From an uncultured delta proteobacterium (GTDB taxonomy: Bacteria > Desulfobacterota > Binatia > Bin18): a stretch of DNA of 38,946 nucleotides. The notes under the pieces were generated by a model that saw nothing but the letters and a program-made list of their open reading frames with translations, ran no database searches and was not told the origin of the DNA. The translations under genes and the position numbers were made by a program. This document shows positions 31,242-38,946 of the stretch, piece after piece; the first letter of the stretch is position 1; the number at the start of each line of letters is the position of its first letter. The stretch covers positions 1-38,946 of the forward strand of contig CAVTCR010000002.1 in NCBI GenBank assembly GCA_963733195.1, written 5' to 3'.

Positions 31242-31688
31242 CTATTCCCCATCTTTGGACGTTTCCACCAACCTAGCCACTGCCTCAGGGGCTTCTGCAC
31301 GAGACGGTCGCACCATCGTGTCAAGCAAATGCTCAAGGGCAGCAGTCGGGTCCTTACACAGTCCGGTGTGTACGGGCGAGATCTGGATTATAGTGCTACG
31401 AGGGGCACTGAGCCAATAGAAGCGCTCCCGCTGGGAAAGTTGACCAATCGGCCCTGCCTGCTTTCCGCCAGTACAAATAGCGGGGATAGTTTCTAGGTGG
31501 ACCCGAAGGGAGTCCATATCCAGGGTCGCATCAAGTGCCATCAGCCGCTGCTCATCCAGGGCAATGCGGGCGTCAAGGAATCCTCGGGCCGAGCACAAAA
31601 CTATCACACCGACGTTGACGAACTCTTCACGTTCGACCTTGGGAACGACGCGGATTATAGCGTAATCATACGTATAGTGATCGTGCAC
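31242..31688 (-). CDS. DUF3037 domain protein
   Basis: YDYAIIRVVPKVEREEFVNVGV, ERFYWLSAPRSTIIQISPVHTG; GTG start inside the kinase 3' end with GGAGG RBS. Confidence 0.88.
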   Translation of the reverse strand: MHDHYTYDYAIIRVVPKVEREEFVNVGVIVLCSARGFLDARIALDEQRLMALDATLDMDSLRVHLETIPAICTGGKQAGPIGQLSQRERFYWLSAPRSTIIQISPVHTGLCKDPTAALEHLLDTMVRPSRAEAPEAVARLVETSKDGE

Positions 31689-32448
31689 GGATCGCCTCCT
31701 CCAGGAAACCATGCGGTGGCTCTAGCCGGCTTAGCAGGTATTCCAGGTACGCATCCCGGTGCTGAGTCTGCCCACCGAATGAGGAGTCTCCAACCAGCCA
31801 AGCGTCAGGAATAAGTCTCACTATACCCTCAATGATGCCTGGCGTGACCCGCCCGGTCATATTCGCGTCTACCTCTCGGAGAGAGCTGGCAAACTGAAGG
31901 AGGACGTGGTCTTTGATCATGGGAAAAGAGTCGCGGCTACGTTCGAGGTAAGTGTTTCGGGTGTGGTGGAAGTAGAGGGCCGCCCCGTGATCGATGAGCC
32001 AAAACCGTCGATGCCAGACAAGCATGTTCGTGTTACGTGGCGTACGGTCAACGTTTGTCACGTACGCATCGAACCAGACAATCGAAGAAGCCAGATCCGC
32101 GTCAGGCTTCTCTGCCACCGGGTCAAACATCACAGCGCCAGGCAAGTAGTCGAGCGCCAGATTAAGGCCGGCACTCGCTCGTATCAAGTCTTGGATCTCC
32201 GGGTCAGGCTCGGTGCGGGCGAGTTCGGGGTCGAGGTCGACAAAAACGATCTCAGGCACTGGCAGCCCCAATGCACGGGCGATCTCCCCCGCCACTAACT
32301 CCGCGATGAGCGCTTTGGGTCCCTGACCCGCGCCGCGGAACTTGAGCACATACATTCCATCATCATCGGCTTCGATTATCGCTGGAAGCGATCCACCTTC
32401 GCGCAATGGGGTGACATACCTTGTGGCACTTACTGTTCTCACGCTCAT
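31666..32448 (-). CDS. HipA-like (PI3K/PI4K-fold) kinase
   Basis: TPLREGGSLP, YVLKF, ALIAE, NVDRTPRNTN catalytic loop, LIDHG. Confidence 0.88.
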   Translation of the reverse strand: MSVRTVSATRYVTPLREGGSLPAIIEADDDGMYVLKFRGAGQGPKALIAELVAGEIARALGLPVPEIVFVDLDPELARTEPDPEIQDLIRASAGLNLALDYLPGAVMFDPVAEKPDADLASSIVWFDAYVTNVDRTPRNTNMLVWHRRFWLIDHGAALYFHHTRNTYLERSRDSFPMIKDHVLLQFASSLREVDANMTGRVTPGIIEGIVRLIPDAWLVGDSSFGGQTQHRDAYLEYLLSRLEPPHGFLEEAIRARSLYV

Positions 32449-32536
32449 CGTCTGTCGAGTCCTCTGCGATCATCTGCTTCCGCACTGCTTTGAGACCACT
32501 TTCGGTGGTGTAGCATCGCACCCTCAACAATCCTCT

Positions 32537-32947
32537 CTATGACAACCCAGGAACTTTCGGAAGGTCTGGATTCATGTAATCCCATGGTTGGGCGCGGGCG
32601 GTGAAAATGTCTTGGGTCGGTCGGAAACCACTTGGTTGATCTAAACTGCCAACTCGGATTGTTAATATGTCAGTCCGGGATTCGGGTCGGCCAAATAGCG
32701 GCGATCCGCATTCGGAACAGAAGGCCCGACTCGTTTTGCTCCCGCTGTCAGCTGTGACCTCGAAGTAACGTGGATTTCCTTGCAATAGCCGAAATCCCAC
32801 GGTAGGCACTCCTACTATAGGAGCGTAAGCCCCACCTGTTTCACGTTGACAATCCCGGCAGTGACAATTAATCGAGAATAGGGGTTCTCCGGTACTCTCA
32901 TAGCGAATTGCACCGCAAGCACATCCACCAATTAGCGGAAGAAGCAT
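32537..32947 (-). CDS. GFA (glutathione-dependent formaldehyde-activating / CENP-V) family protein
   Basis: GGCACGAIRY, CHCRDCQR, FCSECGSPL; AAGGAG RBS before ATG 32947. Confidence 0.9.
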   Translation of the reverse strand: MLLPLIGGCACGAIRYESTGEPLFSINCHCRDCQRETGGAYAPIVGVPTVGFRLLQGNPRYFEVTADSGSKTSRAFCSECGSPLFGRPESRTDILTIRVGSLDQPSGFRPTQDIFTARAQPWDYMNPDLPKVPGLS

Positions 32948-33024
32948 GGGAACATTCTCCTTCGTCATGGTAAATCACCACTAAGCAATTGCAAGCGCTG
33001 CAAGCGAAATGCAAACACTGCGAG

Positions 33025-33381
33025 TTATTCCTCACCGGAGAATCGCTCCCACGCGGCTTGACGGGTGACACCAAGTGCCTCACCAATTTGGGTCCAGGTC
33101 ACACCTCGCCCGCGAAGCTGCTGGACATGTTGCTTGAGTGTCTCTTCTACAGTCCTGACCGTGACTGCTGCTGGGCGTAGCGTTTCTAGCAGGGCATCAT
33201 CGCTTAACGTCTCCCAACCCGGAAATGGTGGCACCGACTCTCCAGCCAGAATCTTGTTGCAAAGGACAACACAGTCTCCACAAATATACACGCCCGGACC
33301 TCCAATCAGCTTTTCTACCGTATGCTCGTCCTTGCGACAAAAGGAACAATACAGCGTGGTCTTGCGTTTTGACTTTGTCAT
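33025..33381 (-). CDS. ClpX C4-type zinc finger fused to a C-terminal HTH
   Basis: CSFCRK...[18 protein letters not shown], then [26 protein letters not shown]; no AAA+ domain; GAGGAGGT RBS. Confidence 0.9.
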   Translation of the reverse strand: MTKSKRKTTLYCSFCRKDEHTVEKLIGGPGVYICGDCVVLCNKILAGESVPPFPGWETLSDDALLETLRPAAVTVRTVEETLKQHVQQLRGRGVTWTQIGEALGVTRQAAWERFSGEE

Positions 33382-33402
33382 GATCGTCACCTCCTCAAGG
33401 TT

Positions 33403-33448
33403 GTCAAGGCATACTTGACGAATCAATATTTGTCAAGACAATCTTGAC
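33403..33448 (-). promoter_or_regulatory. Tandem palindromic operators GTCAAG-N5-CTTGAC overlapping a TTGACA -35 box
   Basis: 33403-33419 GTCAAG-gcata-CTTGAC and 33432-33448 GTCAAG-acaat-CTTGAC; minus-strand TTGACA at 33436-33431 with TATGCC 17 nt downstream. Confidence 0.78.
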
Positions 33449-33529
33449 GACCAAAGTCGAATAACAAAACCTGTCAATTGGCTTTCGTAGTCATACTGAA
33501 ATGTTGTCCGTCAATCGCCGCCGCTTGTT

Positions 33530-34201
33530 CTACGGAAGAGTCTTTAACGCTTGAAGAATCATGTCGTTGGTAGCGCGGACTTTGTAATCAACCTCAACAA
33601 ACTTCCAGCGCACGATACCCTGTTTGTCGATAACGTAGGTCGCCGGATGTGGCCAGCCTTTGCTCTTGGGGTTGAGTAAACCGTAGCGGTCGATCACGCG
33701 GTGATTGGCATCTTCCAAGAGAGGAAAGTCGACCGTGGTCGGTCCCGTCCGAGCGCCAGCGACGGAGCGCGAGTCTTTGTCACTCGGTTCCTGCGCCAGC
33801 AACGTCAGCAATTTTTGGGAGTCTTCGTGAGTGTCGATACTCACAGCAAGAATCTGGGTTTTCTCTTTCGCAAGCAAGTGCGACAGCTCAACGAGCTGCT
33901 TAACGCAGTATGGTCACCAATGCCCCCGATAGAAAACCAAGATGACGGAGTTTTTCCCACGAAATTGGGAGAGCATGATCGGTGTCCCATTTTCCGCTTC
34001 GAGAGTAAAGTCAGGAGCTGGATCGCCTACTTTGATGCGTTCGAGATCAGTGGGAACAAGGCCGTCACCATCTGCAGGGCCCAGGGTGTCTGCAGTCGTC
34101 AGCTCAGGAAAGATGCCGACAATCAAGAAAACCGCCACGATAAAGGGGCGAATTCTTGCGATCGACCAGCTTTGCCTCAACCGTTCTGTACTATTTTTCA
34201 T
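33530..34201 (-). CDS. Selenocysteine-containing AhpC/TSA (peroxiredoxin-like) protein, in-frame UGA at 33914-33916
   Basis: Two listed ORFs share a frame and read VGDPAPDFTL...VFYRGHW-TGA-PYCVKQL...LAVSID...HPATYVIDKQGIVRW; UGA replaces the first Cys of CxxC. Confidence 0.9.
33883..33899 (-). promoter_or_regulatory. Putative bacterial SECIS hairpin
   Basis: GCAGCUC-GUU-GAGCUGU stem-loop after a 14-nt gap 3' of the UGA; the loop opens with GU. Confidence 0.7.
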
Positions 34202-34333
34202 GAGCCCCCTCAACTAAAGATTTGTTTCATCTACACGGCAACTTATCAGCCGTCATAGTCTCTTGCGAGACGTTAGCCCGTGTGGTCTATACTGCCGCAG
34301 GTATATTAGGAGTGAGAGTCAAAAGGAAATCAC

Positions 34334-35107
34334 ATGAGCACTTTCGATTCCTACGCCACAAAGTACCAACACCTGCGGATGGAGCGTCGAGACGGGATTC
34401 TTCAACTCACGCTGCATAGTAACGGCAGTACGCTACGCTGGGGTGGAGGTCCACATGGAGAGCTAGGGCCTGCCTTTCGTGACATCGGGGCAGACCCGGA
34501 AACCAAAGTGGTGATTCTGACGGGAACAGGATCTGCCTTCATTGAGGAGGTCGATTCCAGCAATGTCGGACAACGGTTGCCGACGACGCAAATGTCACCA
34601 CGAGTGTGGGATCATATCTATTGGGATGCCAAACAGCTTTTGATGAATCTCCTGGATATCGAGGTGCCGATGATCGCAGCGGTCAATGGTCCGGTGTTTA
34701 TCCACGCTGAACTTGCTGTACTGTGCGACATCGTGGTGGCAGCTGATCATGCGGTGTTCCAAGATGCACCCCATTTTCCCAACGGCTTGGTACCAGGCGA
34801 CGGCGTGCATGTCGTATGGCCGCTGGTATTGGGCATCAACCGTGGACGATATTTCTTGTTGACTGGGCAGAAGCTTTCGGCCCAGGAGGCTTTGCGCATA
34901 GGTGTAGTAAGCGAGGTCTTACCTGCTGGCCGTCTGTTGCCACGAGCCTGGGAGTTAGCCGAGCAGCTTGTTAAGCAGCCACCCCTCACCTTGCGTTACG
35001 CGCGCGTGGTGCTTACGCAGCGACTCAAACAACTAATGCTGGACAATTTAGGTTATGGTCTTGCCTTGCAAGGACTAGCCGCCAACGATTATTGGCCTCC
35101 GTCATAG
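34334..35107 (+). CDS. Enoyl-CoA hydratase/isomerase (crotonase) family protein
   Basis: VVILTGTGSAF, PMIAAVNGP, QDAPHFPNGLVPGDG, LSAQEALRIGVVSEV. Confidence 0.9.
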   Translation: MSTFDSYATKYQHLRMERRDGILQLTLHSNGSTLRWGGGPHGELGPAFRDIGADPETKVVILTGTGSAFIEEVDSSNVGQRLPTTQMSPRVWDHIYWDAKQLLMNLLDIEVPMIAAVNGPVFIHAELAVLCDIVVAADHAVFQDAPHFPNGLVPGDGVHVVWPLVLGINRGRYFLLTGQKLSAQEALRIGVVSEVLPAGRLLPRAWELAEQLVKQPPLTLRYARVVLTQRLKQLMLDNLGYGLALQGLAANDYWPPS

Positions 35108-35142
35108 TCACCACTAGTGCTAAGTATCAGCAAGCGGGAGCG

Positions 35143-35846
35143 TCACCGTGACGTTCCTGCTTCTCCTGCAAGTAGCGCCGGCAAAGCGCTCAAAGACTGG
35201 AGTTCCGCGTCAGGAACCGTGCCTAGTCGTTCCCATTGCTGACTGAAACGGTTGATCCAGACCACCCGCAACCCAGCACTGGCAGCGCCCGCAGCATCCC
35301 AGGCATTCGCGGACTGAAAACTGATCTCGTGGGCAGTTACGGCTAACTGTTCTATCGCTAAGTGATAGACACGTGGTGATGGTTTGTAGATGCTGACCGC
35401 CTCGACAGAAAGGGTCGCGTCGATGAGATGAGAAATATCAGCGTGGGCAATGGCTGCGGCAAGCATCGTGGGAGAGCCATTCGACAAAATCGCCGTGCGA
35501 TAGCCTCGTTCTTTGAGCTGTTGAAGTGTTTCTCGAACTTCAGGATAGCAATCTAACTGGAGATACGCCTGCATAAGATCGTGACGCAAAGTCGGGTCGC
35601 TCACGCCATAGGTCGCGAAAGCAAAATCAAGGGCATCCTGAGTGACCTGCCAAAAGTCCCGATGCTGGCCCATCAGGCTTCGCAACCAGGTGTATTCGAG
35701 TTGTTTGGTACGCCAGAGTTGGGAAACACGGTCCGCATGCTCACCAAGACGTGCGCGATGTTTGCCAACCGCGGAGTGGACATCAAAAAGAGTCCCATAC
35801 GCATCAAACACACAGGCACGAATCTGTTTTCCCCAGACTGATCCAC
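35143..35846 (-). CDS. Haloacid dehalogenase type II (probable 1-nt indel just after the GTG start)
   Basis: FDAYGTLFDV, WRTKQLEYTW, ILSNG, YKP, SANAWD; AAAGGAG RBS precedes GTG at 35846. Confidence 0.9.
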
Positions 35847-36357
35847 TGAATTCTCCTTTCTGCTCTTGACGGATGTACCGCCTTGACCCGGAGAGTATGA
35901 GGAGCATCATACGCGGGAGGTTACATAGATCAATGATACAAATTCGACGAAGACGTGTTGACCGCGTTCAAGAAGATTGCCACGTTTAATGAACGGGTGT
36001 AGCCAGCGTTGGTAATCAGCGTGGAACCTCGTGATAGTTACTGTTAGGCCTCGCTACTCATGAACAAGGGACAAGTCCCTTAACATGGCTCACGCGGTAC
36101 TTAGATATGGAGTGTGGGCGCAGAAGAAGAGGTGACCGCTTGAAGATGGAGCGAACAGGATGAAGTTCTCCGAGATGGTCGATCAAGCTGGCGAGTTTCT
36201 GCGACAGGAGAGAACGCGTCTCGTATCGCGCGCTGAAACGCGAGTTCGATCTTGATGACGAGTCGCTCGAAGATTTGAAAGCGAACTCATCGATGCGCAG
36301 CGAATCGCCATCGATGAAGACGGGAAAGTGCTCGTTTGGATAGGAAAGGGCGAAAAC

Positions 36358-36466
36358 AGTCCAGCGTCTAGCGTCCAGAGTCTAGAGTCAACAAAAGTCC
36401 AAGGTTCAGAGTCCAAGGTCCAGAGTCAACAAGACCAGCCCCCAGCCCCTAGCACCCAGCCCCCAA
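36358..36466 (+). repeat. Degenerate heptamer tandem repeats (GTCYAGA / CCCYAGC types) forming the cyclase 2 N-terminal linker
   Basis: agtccagcgtctagcgtccagagtctagagtc...agtccaaggttcagagtccaaggtccagagtc...cagcccccagcccctagcacccagccccca; translates as SSVQSLES..VQGSESKVQS. Confidence 0.7.
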
Positions 36467-37831
36467 GTAGCTACACCCCACCCCACCTGGCCGAGCGCAT
36501 CCGAGCCGAACAAAGTGCCCTAGAAGCGCGTGGAGCCACGGACGGCGAGCGCAAGACCATCACTGCCCTCTTTGCCGATCTCAAGGGTTCGACCGCCTTG
36601 ATTGAAGGACTCGACCCTGAAGAAGCGCGGGCGATTATTGATCCCGCCTTGCAGCTGATGATGGATGCCGTGCATCGCTATGAGGGGTATGTCGCCCAAG
36701 CCTTAGGCGATGGCATCTTTGCGTTGTTTGGTGCACCGATTGCGCATGAGGATCATCCCCAACGTGCGCTCTACGCTGCGTTGCGTATGCAAGAGGAGAT
36801 GCGCCGCTACGGCGATACGCTCGGGCAAAAGGCTATCCCCCCTTGCCATGCGCGTGGGGGTAAACACCGGGGAAGTGGTGATGCGCTCGATTCGCAAAGA
36901 CGACCTGCATACGGACTATGTCCCGGTCGGCCATTCCACGAATTTCGCCGCGCGGATGGAACAAATGGCTACGCCGGGCTCGATTCTCGTCACCGACGTA
37001 CACGCATAAACTCACGACGGCTACTTCGAGTTCAAAGCCCTAGGAGACCCAGATCAAAGGGGTCGAAGAACCGCTCTCTGTGTACGAAGTGCTAGGCTCG
37101 GCCCATTACGCACGCGCTTACAGGTCTCGGCCACGACGCGGCTTGACGCGGTTTGTCGGGCGACAGAGGGAGATGGAGCAACTCACGCGCGCCTTAGAGC
37201 AAGCGAAAGCCGGGCACGGGCAGATCGTGGGCGTGATGGGCGAGCCCGGGTTAGGCAAGTCGCGCCTGTTCCATGAATTCAAGCTCCTCTCCCATGGGGC
37301 CTGACTGGCGCTGGAGGCCTATTCGGTCTCGTATGGCAAAGCATCTCCCTATCTGCCGGTGATCGAGCTGCTCAAGAGTTACTTCCAGATTGAGGCCGAA
37401 GATGATGAGCGGAACGACGGGAGAAGGTCGGCGGCAAGGTGCTGATGCTCGATCGCAGTTTAGAGGACACGCTGCCGTATGTGTTCGCCTTACTGGGGAT
37501 TGAAGAACAGCCCTCGCCCTTGCAGCAGATGGACCCGCAGATCCGCCGCCGCCGGACCTTCGAGGCACTCAAAAGCTGTTCTTACGCGAGAGTCTCAAGC
37601 AACCACTGATCCTGATCTTTGAAGACTTGCACTGGATCGACACGGAAACGCAAGGATTTCTGGATACCTTCAGTGAGAGGCGTCGCCTCTGCCAAGATCT
37701 TGCTGCTGACGAACTATCGCCCAGAGTATCGGCATGAGTGGGGAGAGAAGACCTATTACACCCAATTGCGCTTGGCACCGTTTGGTAAAGAGGAAGCTGA
37801 GGAATTCCTTGATGTGTTCTTGGGCGTTCCT

Positions 37832-38016
37832 GTAGGGGCCGACCTGCGTGTCGGCCCCCAGGGGCAGGGGCACACCGGTCGCCCCTCCACACCTCAAGCA
37901 GCTGATCCTGGCGAAGACCGAAGGCACGCCGTTCTTCATGGAAGAGGTGGTGCAGGAATTATTTGAGCAGGGGGTTTTGATCCGCGACGGTGTAGGACGC
38001 GCGTGCCGCCCCCTAC
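37832..38016. repeat. REP elements inside cyclase gene 2
   Basis: GTAGGGGCCGAC-ctgcgt-GTCGGCCCC plus a degenerate inverted partner (37832-37888); GTAGGACGCGCGTGCCGCCCCCTAC (37992-38016). Confidence 0.72.
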
Positions 38017-38946
38017 CCACGGACTGCACATCCCGACCACGGTGCAAGGTGTTCTCGCGGCCCGTATTGACCGACTCGCCCCCGACGAGAAAGCTCTCCT
38101 CCAGCAACTCGCCGTCATTGGGCGCCAGTTCCCACTGAGCTTGGTGCGCCAGTCATCGCCCAGCCGGAAGACGAATTGTATCGCCTCCTCCCTCCCCTTC
38201 AGCACAAAGAGTTTCTCTACGAACAGCCCGCGTTCCCGGAAGTCGAATACCTCTTCAAGCACGCACTGACGCAGGAAGTGGCCTACGGCACGGTGCTCCA
38301 GGAGCGCGAAAAGCGTTACATGAGCGAACGGCAAGCGCTAGAAGCCCTCTACAGCACCGTCGCTAGAGGAGCACTACAGTGAACTGGCGCATCACTACAG
38401 TCGCAGTGGCAACACCGAGAAGGCGATCGAGTATCTGCACTGGCTGGACAACAGGCGGTGCAACGCTCGGCGAATGCGGAAGCGATCACTCATTTGACGA
38501 CCGCTTTCTTTAGAGCTCCCTCAATACGTGTGGGCCAGACACCCGCTGGAGCGCGCCCAACAAGAACTCACGCTGCACCTCAGGTCATTGGGCGTAACCT
38601 CTGCAAGCCACCAAAGGCTTTGGCTCTCCAGAAGATAGGAGCGAGCGTATGAGCGGGCTCGACGAACTCTGCTGTAGAGATTGGGCACGTCCCGCAGCTG
38701 TTTCCGATCCTGCGCGGGCTCTGTGTGTTCCACAACATTCAGGCGAATTTTCACAAGGGGCACGAATTGGCGCAGCAACTGCTGACCTTGGCGGAGCAGG
38801 AGGGGAGTGGCTGGCCTTCGTGTGGAGGCCCATCTGGCGATGGGAGCACCCCTCTACTGGCGTGGCGAGTTTGCGGCGGCGCGCTCATCTATTTGGAACG
38901 GGCGCTTGCATCTCTATGAGCCCTCACAACATCACGGACACACTCT

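Larger units (their letters stand above)
36160..38946 (+). pseudogene. Second adenylate/guanylate cyclase - AAA ATPase - TPR paralogue, many frameshifts, runs off window end
   Basis: ERKTITALFADLKGST, GDGIFALFGAP, MRVGVNTG, GEPGLGKSRL, EDLHWID, EGTPFFMEEV, YLFKHALTQEVAY. Confidence 0.88.

Noticed and set aside
33025-33381. Truncated clpX pseudogene
   Set aside because: The zinc finger is followed by a coherent HTH and a clean stop, with its own RBS and operators.
36160-38946. Diversity-generating retroelement acting on the cyclase genes
   Set aside because: No reverse transcriptase and no template/variable repeat pair; the changes are indels rather than adenine-specific substitutions.

Overview
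A bacterial chromosomal window of moderately high GC. The gene content (two adenylate/guanylate cyclase-AAA ATPase-TPR paralogues, F420-type LLM oxidoreductases, amidohydrolase, CoA transferase, thiolase/DUF35) resembles Candidatus Binatia/Deltaproteobacteria genomes; this is inference only. Many otherwise intact genes carry isolated 1-nt indels, typical of long-read consensus error. Both ends hold heavily frameshifted cyclase-STAND-TPR genes with palindromic GTAG-type REPs and short repeats inside their linkers. The middle holds catabolic genes, selO, a probably acquired ~900 aa secreted EEP-family enzyme, a DUF6932 two-gene module, a di-heme oxidoreductase, an orphan response regulator with Glu at the phosphoacceptor site, and a minus-strand run of stress/proteostasis genes. 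Three signals are not explained by the ORF track. (1) A complete candidate attenuator upstream of a GNAT operon: promoter, near-leaderless 30-aa leader peptide, antiterminator and two tandem terminators that one switch could disable in cascade (29296-29552). (2) A ClpX zinc-finger/HTH fusion preceded by two identical-arm GTCAAG-N5-CTTGAC palindromes over its promoter, upstream of a HipA-like kinase, DUF3037 and a ClpP paralogue. (3) A peroxiredoxin-like selenoprotein split by an in-frame UGA (UxxC) with a SECIS-like hairpin. No rRNA, tRNA, CRISPR array or intact transposase was seen.
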